NCBI GenBank assembly: GCA_001949185.1
Contig: BDGG01000010.1
Span: forward strand, 597,337-661,336
Direction: 5' to 3'
Source of the DNA: Ramazzottius varieornatus
Taxonomy: Eukaryota; Animalia; Tardigrada
DNA: 64,000 nt
Position 1 is the first letter of the stretch. Each line of letters starts with the position of its first letter. Shown piece by piece: positions 36,026 through 51,000 of this stretch. The notes beneath the pieces are model-generated. The model was given only the letters and a program-made list of their open reading frames with translations. It did no database searches and had not been told where the DNA came from. Both the position numbers and the translations under genes were made by a program.

Positions 36026-39000
36026 CTACCTCTTTGGTTGGTTTCCACCGTGAACGTCAGCTGTGGTGGTTTGTCTATGTTGTGGGTTGGCACTACCAGG
36101 TCGCTGTTGGCCTCCTTGCTGGTTGGTGGTGGACCGTGAGGCGGAAGGATCGCGTTCACGAAGGGAAGGATTGCGGGTGAGGGTGGAGGACTGGGAGGTG
36201 GCGGCAGCTGTGGTGCCTTCAGTGGCCGGATCGATGAGGTAGTTGGATGGGACCAGGCCTTGCTTGCCGCTGGCTTGGTGTTCCCCTTCGAAGAAGCCGT
36301 CCTCGTCCATAATGCCGCTGACATAGATGACGTCGCCTTTCTTGAAAGACAGTTCCTTCTACAAGTAGCAAATATTGACATTACCCATCGCTCTCGCTCC
36401 ATCCGCGGATTGTACTACCAATCTCAAATGTGTAATATAGAACATCGTAACATGGACAACAAACTTCTCCAAGCCGGGCAAAACCCAACAGACACCTTTC
36501 AGTTGACTTTCTTTTCGCCTACTCTGTTCAACTAACCTCGAAATCAGGGTTGGGCGAGTTGGACACCTCGTAGTCGTATTTGGCAATCATTTTCTTGATC
36601 GGTCCGCGAGTCGGTTCCTTGATGGTCACATTGGCTCCTTTGCTCCCACCTTTCAAGGCCGATGGTCTAGGTCGGTCAACCGTAGCTTCCTCACCCAGGT
36701 ATTTCCTCACTAACCGCTCGTCGTCCACGACCGTCACCAAATTGCAGCCGACCATGCCTTGCCGTCCATTCCCTATCAGTTCGCCTTGATAGAAACCATC
36801 TTGGTCCTTCGTACCCGTTACCTGCAAATCATTCCATTAACCTAGAACTCGAATATAGTATTGCTCCGCGACGTACCTTGATCAGCTCATTCGCTCTGAA
36901 AGACAGTTCTTCAGCGGCGGCATCCGCATTGGGCGACTCGGTAGCCGCGTCAAAGTCTCTATTGGTCCTGAAGAGCCTAACCAGCTTGTTTTTGATCTTG
37001 TCCAGGTTGCCTCCCTGCTGTCCACTTGCCCCACCACCAGACTGCACTACGCCTTGCTGACTTCTTGCACGATCGCGACCCTCACTCTCGTCCCGTCTCT
37101 TCGGTCCTTCATCCGGATACTCGTACTTCCCACGCGGCGCTTCGCGCGCCGGCCTCTGCTGGCGTGGCATAGCCCGTCTGTCCAGACTGGCGTAATTATT
37201 GATCATAGGGCCGCTCTGCAAGCGCTCCTGGTTGCCTCGGCTGTAGCGCGATGGACCTTCCATCTCGAAACGATCGCGGGATTGACTACGCATTCGTCGG
37301 TTGGATAGATCATTGGGCGGACTGTCGAAGCTACCGCGCGGTCCGCCGCGGTAATAGCCGCGTTCTTCAGCCTCCCGGTCGGAGTAGGCACGGTGGCGCG
37401 AGTCCATGCTTTCGAAAGAGTCCTCTTTGGTAATTTCGATTTGCGGCAGGGAAGTGGTCCGTTCGTACATACCGAAAGGCAGATTCGGCTGGCGTCCTGA
37501 AACCAGAATAACGTTTTGGTCTAAGGCAAAAACGGATAACTCTCCACACATCAACCCGGGCAAGCACACTGTAACCATCAGTAAGTCTCCATACATGGAC
37601 ATTTGTTAGAAATCTATTCATGGCGTAATTTGCCATTTTTCTACGTGTCGACTAAGTTAAGTTTGTCATGGCTGTTAAGTTAGTGCTTCAACCCAACTTA
37701 GTTCTTGCGGGAGAATCAATGGTTGTACCTTCAAAGAAAGGAGCGTCGAAGGGATTTGGTCCGCCGAACGGTCCTCCAGGTCCAGGTGGGCCCCCAAAGC
37801 GGGGTCCTTCAAACCTCGGACCGAATCGTGGAAAAGGCCCTCGTGGTCCAAAGGCGTGCGGGCCTCTGGGAGGAAAGGACCCAATGGACATGTTCTCAAA
37901 GGGTCGAACAAGGAAAGACATTGGTCCGGAATGGCGCGGTGGGCCCATAAAACCGCCTGGGCCTGGCGGAGGTCCGAAGTCCCTTGCACCCGGCGGCAGA
38001 GTATTCGGTCTACCAGCCATGTTCCTCTGACCAAATTGCTGAGGACCCGGCACTCTCCTTCCGTAACTGTCAAACATGGGTCTTCCACCCATCATTTGGT
38101 CCTCTGTCTCTTCCATGATATCCATCAGCGGCTCTTCGTTCTGCCCATAATACTCGGGCGGTATCCTGTTGGGCGCGGTGACATTGATTTGTGGTGGTGG
38201 CCCTTGTCTGTTGTTGGGGGGATCGCGGAACGTCACGGTGTTTTGCCGGCTTCCGGCGGCTGGCGATACTGGCGGAAGAGGGGTCAGAGGTGTCAGGTGG
38301 GTATGTTCTGCGCTTTGAGCTTGAGCAACGGCTTTGACGTGACCCAGAAGAACATCTTCGGTCACGGAGAGGAAAGGCGAGTCTCGTGACACGTTTTTGG
38401 ATGAGATGGTTCGAACTGTAAGGGTTCGAGGGAGAGGAGGCTGCAGTCTTGTTATATCGAGCAAGGCGTGGTCACCTGAAGAAAGAAAAGGTGAAAGCAG
38501 TACAGGGTGACAGCTTGACTGTACAATGGTACGCAATACCGGTGGGACTGTCAATTTGCTGGACGCGTTGACCGTCCGCGTAAATGGCATATCCCGTGAC
38601 GTCACAATTGGCCGGAGGAATGACTGGAGTCCACGTTAGGAGCAGCGTTCCATCCTGCGGGCCGCTCTCCAATTGTAGAGTGGAAGGTGGATCCGGCACG
38701 TTATCGGGAAGGGTTTTGAAGCCTACTTGCGCACAGGCTTGGAGGTAATTGCTGAAGGACACGGTGGACTTTGGTACTACCGGCACAACGTGGATCTTGT
38801 AGTCGGTGTTGGGCAGGAGGTCGGGTATGACGATGTGGTGCGAAGAGGCGGGCACCGTCACGTATTCCCGTTCGTTGACAAAGATGGTGTGCTGGTAACT
38901 ACTGTTGGCCGGAATCCAGGTTACTGTGGCTGATGTGGCACTAATGTTTATTACTCGAAGCTCCGTCGGCATCACAGGACAGTCTTTCCCCACTAGAATC

Positions 39001-42000
39001 GTACAAAGCGAATCTAGAGACTCTCGACCGGCACCTGCAAGAGACAGACTGCTTAATGCAGAGTGGGCTGAAGAAAGATCCGCAGTGCACGGTATGCTCA
39101 GATAAGCAGAAAGAATGTGCTGCAGGCAATTCCCCCGATAACTCCGACATACGCCCCGTAGGCTGCGCATGGGACGAACATACAGTACGTCCGCTTTATC
39201 GAAAAAAATACAGTAGCAAAACAATACTCTCAACGCTGTGCCAGGTTCTGTGTTCGAACTAAGTTAAAGACGGAAACCTAGAGCTGCAGCGGAAAATATT
39301 GTTTTTCTGCGTACAGTAGAGCCTACTGTAGTTCTGCATTGTAATGTAGCGATCGCTGGCTGGGCTGCGTATCGTACCTGTACAGGATCGGACACTGACA
39401 CGGTGGCAGAAGGACAAATCAATCCCTTCGACTAAGGCACGACATCGTTCGTTCCCTCGGATGGTGGTCTTGAGAACGCGATTGACGTAAACGTTGTAGC
39501 ATTCTACAAAGTTGGCGGGAGCCGGTGTCCAGCCAATCATAATACTCTTGTGCATTTGCTTCTCCAGCGTGAGGTTTGAAGGCGGAGGCACATTGGGGTC
39601 CTCGCTTGAGGTCTCACGCTTGGCAGCCGACGAATGCGTGGAAGGCAGTTTTTGGCTAAAGTCCGACGGACGCGTATTACTGTTGTCAGACCGAAAGTCC
39701 ATCGTTGCACCCCTGGCAGTACTACTCCCTGAGCTATGCTGAACACCACCGACTCTCCTCGACTCAAATAACGTTACGCTCCCTGAAGTGCCGGGCACGG
39801 TTCCAGCGTTGATATTGGTGGAGAAATGCACACTGGACTGCGTCACACGACTTGAGCTGGCTTTGGCACTGCTGGTAGTCAAGGCAGGATTGTTGGGGTA
39901 ACTAGCGTGGAAGTCGACCAGCTCCTCCGGGGGTAGACGCTCAACGTAGTTGCTCGGTACAAGACCGTGCCGACCGTCTAGCGTCTCCCCTTCAAAGTAC
40001 CCGTCTTCGTCGATATCACCAAAAACAATCACAAATTCGCCCTTCTTCAGCTCCAACTCCAGGTCGGCAATGTCGTGGTTTGGAGAGATCTTGGCCGGGT
40101 TGTAGGCGTACTTGGCGACGTATACCGACAACTTTTGATCTTCGGATGGACCAACGTCCACGGCGCGGTCTACGGACTCGAAGAGGGGATGGAGGAGGTG
40201 CTGGCGCAAAGTAGAGGACCTACGGGGCAAAACGCAATGGTGGGCTGGGCTTTCGAAGGGTCAAAAGCTGAAACAGACTGCAGCCCATGGATTTCTCTTT
40301 TGGATAAGCTCAAGCGCGTGTCTTGGAAGTTGGAATTTGCTCTCTACGCTTTTTCGTCCTTGGACTTGTCGAAATACAGTAGACTAGACCGCGCTCTTGG
40401 TTTGTACACCATTGCAGCTTACCTTGTGGAGGAATCCGTTCTCCGAGAAGAGATAGATTCGTCCAAACTGGAACCTACTAAAAAAAGTGCTAGTTACTGT
40501 AAATTCATCACCCTGAACTTACATGGAGAAGGGTAGGCGTACAATTCGTACCAAGGCCGGAGTCTGTCTTCTGCGTACCGAGACGAGGTTTCTGCTGTTG
40601 CTGCTGCAGGGCAAACCTCGAGCCTTCGCCGTTGACCATACGCACACTGCTGCTCAGCGCGGAATCCGGCGTGGACGTTTCCGATTCCGGGGACGTTTGC
40701 ACTTCTGAGCTGGTCAGATTGACACCTGACTTGGAGCGGGAAGCTTGTTTTTGTACCGATGACATTTCCAGGCCGAGTTCCTCGTACAAAACATTCTGCA
40801 GAGCACATCGCTTTTCCAGTTCCCGCAGCTTCGACTGCAATACAAATAAATTCACTGGCGGCCATACACAATGGTTTCTCATAAAAAGACAAATATCGCC
40901 CGGATGTACGATTTGTCGATGAGGTAAACAGTAGAAATGGTAATGGGTACGATGACGCTTGCGCCACAATCTAGCACGGCTGATTTAGCTTGATCTCGAA
41001 TCTTAAATTCACAACACTGCGAATACTTCGTGTTTCGTCATCATACGTCACCCAGACTGTCAAGATTACGTCATTTACAGAATTTGATCCTACTTTTCCA
41101 TTAGACATCAGCTGTCTTTACGGAAAAACTAAATTTTGCAGTGCCGTCACTGAAGAAATTAGTAATCAAAGATGCTTGATTCATTAGTCTACATGTTGTA
41201 CCTCTAAGGACTCGATGACTTCCTGGTACTTCCTTCTTCCCACAAGTTCATCCTGCAACAGTTCAGAACCCTAAGAACTTGGTCTTCAATCAACTTACAT
41301 GAGTCAATTTACTCAAGACCGTAGACGTCAGTCCAGACTGTCTTTGTTGAAGTAGTGAGTTGGGGGGACAAAGGAAGCCTTGAAGCTTACCTTATGCAGT
41401 TGTTTAATCTCGATTTGCTTTTCGGACAGCTGTGCTTTGGCCTCTTCGCACTCTCGTTCGAGCTCTTTCCGCTTCTCAGCGGCTTCTCGCAGGCTCTATA
41501 GAATTCAACAAGAAAAAAAAATTGAATAAGCGCGTCTAAGCCTTGCCGGGAAAGCTGTAAAGGGGGGCTACACGGGAAGAAGCGTGACAACAGGGATATG
41601 CCCAATGTATGCTGCACATGTTGTGCCGACAGCGCGTCATCGACAAGGCACTTTAAGTATTGATCGCTTCCAACCGGCAGATTTTTTAGGCAAAGTGTGA
41701 TTTTAGGCAAAGGGGTTAAAAGCAGGGGCCTGCTGGTAAAGCTACTTGTTAAGTTAAGGCCTGTAGTAATGGCCGCCATGCATACAGATAACAGAAGCGG
41801 AGACTTACCTTAACTATGGACTCCAGGTTGGCAGATTTAGCATAATATGCATCACGCTCACTTTTGACGCTTTGACACTCTTGCGTCAAACTGGCAACCA
41901 GCTCTCGCAGGTTCTTGACTTCCTGAACAACCTGCAAAAAAAGAGAAACAAGATGGTTAAGACTAGCACTACAGAACGGACATCCTATTCCAAGCACTTC

Positions 42001-45000
42001 AGCGGTGTGACAACACCTGTATTCACTAAGCGCCGTCGAGACGCGTTGTACTGTACAATCGTGGATTACACTTCGAGCAGGAAGAAGTTCACGGTGAGTA
42101 CGAGGAAAAGGGACAAAAGCGATACAAATTCACAACACACTCACGTACAAGACTTCCGTTCCACTTTGTCCGTCTGCACATCAGACGTCTGCCGAAAAGG
42201 AAAAGTTTATTCCTGCTGTCGGTAGAATGTACACATTGTCCATTGACGAAGCTCCAAAGGAAACGTCAAAACACGGAAACCAATCCGACATCAGAAAACA
42301 ATATCTGATAATCTTGTAAAGTGACCAATCAATCAGTCTTCACGCTGCTGAAAGTGCAACAAATCGAGCCAACTGTCACGCCGGCTGGCAAACACGACCA
42401 GCACATTGGCATAGCACGCTGGAAAAAAGGGATTGGTACAAACAGACGTCTGTTCCCTTCTGTTCCTCTTCCTGCGCACAAGCACTGTCAAAGGCGTACC
42501 AAGTCTTTCGCTCGATGATCGGTTGCATACAGTGGAACACATTGCATGATTGCTACAAGCGTATGCTACAGTCTGTGTCGTTCAGATTCTGATCCTCTAA
42601 TCCTTGATTGACGTGTTCGATCGGCACATGGGTGTACGGCATGTCGTTAGGCTACTTCCTCGTCTGTGACGTCGCTCGCTCGTGCGGTGACGGCCACCGT
42701 CAACGCGACGGCACTCTCCACCGTGATGACGTCATGCACACGTCAACTGCCTGCCTCGGCTACACGCGCGGATGTACAATTTAGCGAACAGGAACAAGCC
42801 AGGCTGGATGAAATACAATAGGCCTGTCTTTTTCCTATCATTATCGATCGGGCGATACAATCATTCCTGACAGACTACGAGGAAGGAACCCTAGTCTTGC
42901 CTCGGGAGATTCGGTCATGTATGAGTATGCAGCCAGGCGAAACAGCCAGACCGATTTGATGAGCCGATGTGTGCACTTTTTTGTTTGCTGCTCCATATTT
43001 TGTCGTCAACTCCACATCTTTAGTACATACACAACTCGTCATTTCGATTATCGCTCAGCTGCCATGTGGCGAAATCGTCGTGCAAGCTCTACATGCCAGC
43101 AGAAATGTATCCAGCCAGTTCAAGCGATTATTCACCATTAGCTTCAATTGCGCAAGAAATTCATCCGGGCTCGCGCAGATTACAGATCACGGTAGCTCTC
43201 AGGGGCCAGGGCAACGAATAGAAACGCTGTGATGTCTGTCAGCTCCGTCCCACTGTGATTCACGAACGAAAGTCTTCTATCCTGAGGCGCTGTCAGTCTT
43301 TAGATTCCAACGTACTCCACGTCGGGAATCCTTCCCAAAAGCCAAAGACACGATACGTGTACACAAGCGGATTGCGCTGTGGGCAAGGTTCCTCAGAAGT
43401 CTGGGGTCATAGCGTAGAGGCACAGCTGATGGAATTTGAGCAGGGCAGGGGAAGGTTTCGGGTTTTTCTTGAATATTCTCGGCTCCCACATGGCAAGCCC
43501 CGACCCCTACCCTGGGCTACCCTGCCCCCTGCCTGAATTTCCTCGACTATGCCTCTACGCCGTGACTCCAGACTTCTGAGGAACTTTGCCCAGACTCCAA
43601 TTGCAGTCAAGAAAACTGAGCATAACAGCAGCAACAGTCCAGTGTACACCTGGATCAGTTGAATACTTTACGCCGCAAGGTTTGTCGGACTGTAAGCAGC
43701 ATTATCCAAAGGAGAAACTCTCCGGATTCAGGAGTCTGACGTCCAGGATTTCAATTTTAAAAGTCCTTTCGTCATTCCCCTATAGCTACGTATACGGTCG
43801 TCGTGCGTGTTGCTTACGTCTTAGACATTGCTACACAGACTCCAATAACCCTAAGCTGTCACTGGATTCCAATAATCTTGTCTTCCCAAATGTACACAAT
43901 GCGTACACATGTGGACGATCCGTCATTTCATCCATTGACAAATCTAAAAATAGTCCTTGTTTTAGGGTTCGTGAAAATTAAACAAAATTCATGTAACGTA
44001 CACTAGCCCAGAAACTCGGTCGCTGTGATAACTGCATGAGAACTCAAGTATCCGGCGATAGCCTACTACGGGAAGTTGGGGAAACCAATGAGCATATTGT
44101 GAATCAAAGTAGGAGTGCAAATCTCCCTGGTCGAATTTGGTATTCTGCCAAGTAATGAATTAAATTTGACTTTGACCCAACTCCCCGCTGACTGTCAAGA
44201 GAGGAGTGCCACCAAATAGCTAATGACCACCACTCCCTGTGTCGCCAGTGGGAGAGATGGGATACGTCACAATCCATTTATTCAAGGCCAAAGTGTGCTG
44301 GGACGTATGCTAATTGAATTTTTCGTGTACTTTCACCTTTGGCTGGAGAAAGGAGACGATTCACATACAGAAATACGTCGTATTCACTGTTTTGAATCCC
44401 TAGCAGCACTGCGAAATATGCACGCACAAACACAGCCATTAAAAAAAGGACAAAGGTGGGTTTGTTGCTGCACCATATTTATAGACGGGTTCACGGAATA
44501 AAAAGTTCGGAAAACAAGATTACTCCATTAGCCCTGTCGTAAGACTGGATCGAAACAAGAGCAAGAACAAAACGGAGACAAGGGAAGGTTTCTGCACCCT
44601 CGAGTATTCGCCGTCGATTCCTCCAAGGTCGGTCAGGTTCTTTGTTCTAGTACTGTCGAAACCAGAACGCAGTATGAGTACTGTGCTGGTTGCGGTTCTG
44701 TCAAAGTTGGTCGATGCGGCAAAGTCCGCGTAATCAATTACGGTTTGGTGGGAGTCCGTTTTCATTGCGTCCATATGGAATCATTCAGATCGGTTATTCG
44801 AAAATCCATTAATGTGAGAATACTCACACAAGGGATGGGACATGCGGTGGTATCTGTGGGTCCTATCAGTCGCTTGTGCATCGTAACGCGTTCCAGCGCA
44901 TTTCCCCATTAGATCCAGATTCCAGATCGTGGTTTGCGTATGCATGCATGAATATCCCTGTTGTTGTAAAGTCCCTTCTCTCGGAACAGGCGCGAAGTTT

Positions 45001-48000
45001 CACATCACTGCGCACGTGTGAGATAAGTTTAAACCATAACCGAGAGGATCGTGCACGAAAAGATTCCACGTAACACTTGTATAAAATCTTACGAATCTCC
45101 ATCTACATTAGTGCATTGTCTGTCATATCACAAGATACTGTCATTGTTCTGCTGTATATAGCTGAGCACTCTCTGATACCTGCAACTCGTACCACCTGCA
45201 AGCCGTTTTTTGGAAAGCCGAAACCATTCCTTCGGGTACGCAACGTTTTGGTTACGTTTTGGCATAACGAAAACGCTCGTACGAAAATGAGTATAGCGAC
45301 TTGAAAATAGGTGAATGGTGAAAACTTGGTGAAAAATACCTGGGGATTGTTGGTAAGTGGCTCTTTTGGCTGAGTGGTTAATACATCCGATTCATCTAAG
45401 GACTTCACTAGCTACCTATTCCAGCTGCTGTTTGATGACTTGAATGCAGGGATTTTGCCACACCGGCGGCTGGAGGTTAGGGCCAAGCCGCACCTCAACT
45501 TTTTCGCTAGATTTTCCGTTGCTTTTCGCGTTCTGCCCGTCGAAATTTATTAGAAACAGATAGCGCGAGACAACAGCAGCGCAATATGTGTGAGGGCGCG
45601 GCCTTGCTCGCTGGGGTCGAATTTTTACTCAGTCAATTCTTGTCGCTGAATAAACTGTCCATGTGAGCGTTCAACGAATTCATTCAGTGAGGACTCCCGC
45701 TGAATGAGATAGCCTTCACCCGGGTTTATCCAACGAGAATAGGCACATTTCTTTCGAAATTCCTAATCCCCTTGAGGCAAATAACACTGTTTTCCCAACC
45801 TAAGAGGCTGATCAGTTTTACCCCGTTTCCGCCTTTCCGGACCTCCGTTCGACCCTGACCCCGTGATCACTAGCTAGCATGCTCTGGGAAGTACGGGCTG
45901 TCGAGTCTTCGCGCGATACTCGCTGAGTATCTTCCGTGTAATTACCAAGTTCCTCACTGGGTGTTAGTGATCATTACATCTGTCTACAACATTGTCCTCG
46001 CTGAATATGGTTGGCTGACCAGTATTCCAGGGTTCCTTACGGGTAAAACTCACCAACTCGATTGTCTAAAGTCGTCACTGATTATACTGTGCGTATACGT
46101 ATGTCACTCTCGACAATTTTTCCTCACTGAATAATTTCACGGAATTCTGTTGAGTCCACCTCCCTTACGGTATTAGGAAGCAGGAAAAGCTGCTGGCCAA
46201 AGATCTGTGGCCCTCTCGTGCATATATATATATATATCTGTGAGAGTAACTTTTTTTCGTATATATATATATCTGTGAGAGTAACTTTTTTTCGTACGAG
46301 ACGTGGAGTACTCTGGCTACAGTAGAAGTTCATGTTGCGTGTGATGCGCACGAAGTTGACACCATGAGATCCAGAGCCACTAGAACGCGAAGAAAAGTCC
46401 CTGGTTTGATTTCAAAGGGAAAACCGGAAACTGCAGCGCGTTCTCGGAGAGTCGGAACGTAGAACAGCCCCCGGAGACACAGCGCCACGACGTCCGTCGA
46501 ACTGGGTATTTGGCGAGAAGGTTTCGCGGTGCTAAAGTCTGTCTGGCTCGACTGGCGTGAGCTTCGTGCTTATGTTTCCCAGCAGGACTTGTTTCCTGGG
46601 ATGATCAGTCCTTGGTCCTGGTTCTCGGAAAGCAAAAGACTGCAAAGAAGCGGGACAGCCCCGAAACCTGTTTCCGACATGGCAAAGTACACGCTTGCAG
46701 GTCTTTCCACAGCAAAGAAGCAGATGGTTTAAGTATGGTGGTTCAAAACCTGATGACTTCTTATTGTGAGCGCCTTATGTTGCAAGTACTAATCTAATGT
46801 GGTGTAATCGCTTCCTGTTGTCACGGAGGGTCCTGTGGTAAAGCAATCAAGCAGATAGTCAAATCGACCGGTTTCATTTCAGCCACTGATCGAAGATGCT
46901 ACGCGGTACAATAAGTCTTGCTTGGCTGGAGCAGCTTGGGAATGTGTATCCAGTTCAGCCGGAACGACGAACGAATAAATTGAAAGTCGATCGAGATAGT
47001 AGGCGCTGTTGAAAAGGGAAGGCCAATGGGGAAGGTTTTTGTGAATGAGCCTTGAATGTAAGGAGCTTATTTACGAAGTTGAAAGCTCAACACGGCACTT
47101 CCTAACTTAACGATTGTGGACGTAGCCAAGTTCACGCTCGTGCAGCAGTTGAGTCCACGAAGAACACGTGCGATGCCGTGTTTACGGTACGGCAAAGCTT
47201 CCCGACCAGCTCAACCAGTCAAGGTTAATTGGTGCAGGACCAATACCATAAAAACACTTACTGTCAAATCTGAAGGATGACGTTGACGTTCTTAATCCAC
47301 AGACAAGTTCAGGTTGCTGAACGCTCGGTATGGGGGTGCAAGTAGATTACTTCAGCAGTGAGATATCCATTTGTGCCGCCAAGTAATCCTTGATTGATAT
47401 CATACCCATATCAACACACGTACTTCCTAGTTCAGAGCTGGGCAACCCAAGGAAGATGTACTCCGTCACCACATCATATCATCCAGCAGAATACTGTGAA
47501 AAACTTTCTGTCTTTCATTGAAGGAACCGTTTCGATCCAAAACAGAAGTCGCAAGCCGGGATCGGTCACCTCAATCAGTTATGGATGACAAGGTGGGATA
47601 TTCCTTTTACCTCCACTCGGCAGATCTCTACTTCGGTGATAAAGTTTTCCGCATGCAGAGTCAATCCCTGAGAGATATGAGAGGGTATATCAGTACTGTA
47701 CGTGTGATTGCCGTAACCATACATGGGTGGAAAAATGATGGGTTCAAAATCCTGGGCTATCAGCTTTACGAGCGTATCTGTCTGGATTTGCTGAAAGGCA
47801 CTATCGGTAGTCGGTTAGGCTTGCCTGACAAGGGAACGTGGGCTCGTGCAGTGAGAGGGGGTTACGTTGGCAAGTATTCAATATCGCTTAACTGGTACAC
47901 GTCGCTTGTGGTGACAGACGCGCTTTGCAATGTTGGAACAGCAGCTCAACATATACACCCATAAATCCCTTCGCAAGAGGATGGAGTCTGTAGGGAAAGA

Positions 48001-51000
48001 AGGGGAAAAGGGAAGCAGCGCACGTAGAGGCTCTCCTTGTACAGTCATAACTGTGAATGGCGTCTCCCCGCCGGCCTATCATGTTCCCTTTTTTCCTGTA
48101 AAGTGTCGTACAACCTTGCCAACCATGCCTGTATTTATCCAGATTACGGAAAAAGGGGATCGATAGCGTCTCTTCCTTTTCCGTTGAGCTCAGTAGCTCG
48201 TGTTTGGCCTGGGTCGGCTCCACGATCCCGCACTCGAGCTCCACCGCCATCATAACCCCTCTATTTGCCGGTTATCACGGGTGTTTACGGTCCACTCTAT
48301 TCACGCCTATATAGATGGCTGCCTGCCGTACTAATAACTTGCACGCATAGGGGTCACTTCTTCTCGACGAAAAACCTTCCGTGACTTTTTCCAACACATG
48401 CGTACTCCATCTCAAAGCCATAGCTGTAAAATCTCTATCATAACACCGGACCGAAAAATAGTTTTCAGACTTGCCATCCTGGTCGTAATGCACTGTCTTG
48501 GTTCACAAACCAAGCCACCTTGCGAACCTGGACACCTGTGACGGTCCATCGATGAAACAAACCCTTGACACTCGTTTTATCGCAAAGGCCATGTTCTTGA
48601 TAAAACAACCCTCATAATTATTGCTTGTGCCAACAGCACCAGCTACTGTATAGTAGGTAGCCAAATGTCCCTTCATTGTACAGTAGATGGCGCCATCTGC
48701 ACCGGGATGCAAACGATGTCCGGACGGTAAGTTAAGGGGATCTACTGGATTTTTCGATCAATGCACAATAATCCCCAAGATACTGGGACAAAACTTCATG
48801 AGTTTAAAGATTCCACATGATTGCTAACGAGAAGGACTACGCGAACTTACCGCTGTCGGGTTGTTAAGCGCGGTGCTGCTAGTCGACTGCGAGTAATCCA
48901 CATCGAAGAGGTGCCACAAATTTCGGGTGATGCCATTCATCGTTGAAGCAACAAGATTGCGTGAAGCACTGTCGATGATATTGACAACCGCATGGCTCTG
49001 TTCCGGTCCGGAGTGTAGGTTCTGGACGTCAAACCTCTGAACTGTTGCTCAGACTGGGAAAACTTCAGGCCAAAGTAGCACAATGAGGTGGAAGGTCAAG
49101 TGTCTCCTTTTCAGAATTTGGAGTGCTGACACGTAGATGAGAGAGGTGCTGTCTAGAATAACGCAGTTTTGATCGAGTCAACTTACGAGGTACGTGATCC
49201 GAATTAGAACAGCGGGAACCGACAGAATTACATGCTGACATTCAACATACAGTGAGTAAACGTGTACTGTATCTGTATGACTCCGCGAACGCGGTTGTGG
49301 TGAGTGCTAGTCCAAAATACTGGCCAATGTTCCAGCTGGACTCGAAGAAGAAGCAAAAATACTGGCTAAAACGGTAAAGAAAAAGAAGACCGGTAAATGA
49401 TGCTATCCTGCTCTGGGTGGTTTTCGTGCTCGGGGTACGCTCTGTCTGTCATTTATGCATGAGACTACATGTTCCATATTCCCTTGGGCGTGATCAGGTC
49501 GAACGACGCAGCGGAAAGCTCGTTAATACTGTTAATGGCGATTCAATGGCGCGTGAAATGCACACACTTTTAGCCACTTCGCTTGGAATTTTACAATATA
49601 ATTTCGGCGAGGAAAATTAACGAGTGAAAAAAACCGATATTTCGATAAACTGTTCGACGAGGATCGATGGCTCAATTCGATCGAAATGCTTCACGATTCT
49701 GTTCGCAGAAACTTGTGTGCCGTCCATTTCTTCAACATCTGGACACTTACATAATTATCCATCATTCGAAAGATGGCTAAGCCACATTACTCAAGCTCTA
49801 AATTTCTCCATTTAATTCCGGCCCGAAACAATGAAAGACCCATTCTTTGTCGATTACTTCCGAGTTACTGATGTCCCATCGCTATATGAGCATCATCTAT
49901 AGCTCTCGCAGTCGGCATTTCTGTCCGACTGTTGAAGGCTTTGTAACTCCTACAGCACGTAAACGGTCGGGCAAAGTCCGACTTGGGAGATCACTGAATA
50001 GTCACTAGAAAAGGGAAACGAACGCGATCAGGCCGGATTCAAGAGTCGTACTCCAACCGGTTTTCCTCGTTGATTTTCCGAAGCAAGCTGCTTCTTTGGC
50101 TCAGATCCAGTATACAGTTGAAGGTGGCGTTCCGCGGGATCACGTCCGGCTTGTTCTTTTCCAGCACCTGAAACAGAATATTGTACTATATTGCCTCTAT
50201 AGAAAAGTGTCCGAAGCCACATGACGCCTTAAGTCGAACCGTTTTAACTGTCATTCTGACGAAGAACCGTAGAAAATCAGAGGAGTTTTGGCAACTACTG
50301 TAAATACTGTACTAGTCTCACGAAACCCTCCTTGTCAACAAATTTTGTGTGGGTTGGCCGCATTCAGAGAATTTTCTTCCAGGCTTTTTTGTTTTGCTTT
50401 CACTATTTTGCTCATGTATGCGTCATAGATTTGAATACACTACGAGTACTGTTTCGTACCTGCAGTTTTTGTTGCAGTGGTTGTTTTTGCGGCGACAAGG
50501 ATGGCTTACGCGACGCGGAAGAGAATGCCGTGACACTATTATTGCTTCTTAAGGAGGCCGATCTTGTAAACTGATGCGCCGGTTTGACAGCATCCGTTGA
50601 AGAAATACCTCTAGCCTCAGCTGCTTTCTGATTAGCCGTTCGCCCGTGAAATGACTGACCCCGTGGACCTAGCGAAGATGCTGATGACGGTGGCGACACA
50701 CGAGGCGAGAGTGTTCTGGCCAAACTCATCTTGTTGATGGTCTCTTGCTGCCGGCTAATCATCTCTTCCTTCTCCTTGATGACATCTTCGGCATGTTTTA
50801 GTGTGCGAGCCATCATTTCCGTCGACTTTTTCTGCTGAAGTACCGCCCTTCGAACATCCTTGTCGTGTTCTGAACGGATCTTGGATAGCTCGAGCTTGAG
50901 CTGGCTGTTCTCCAGAGTCTTAGCTCGTAACTTGGCCTGTAACTCACTGTTTAGGGCCTTGAGCTGCTGAGACAGTATCTCGTTGCGTCTGTCGGCTGCC

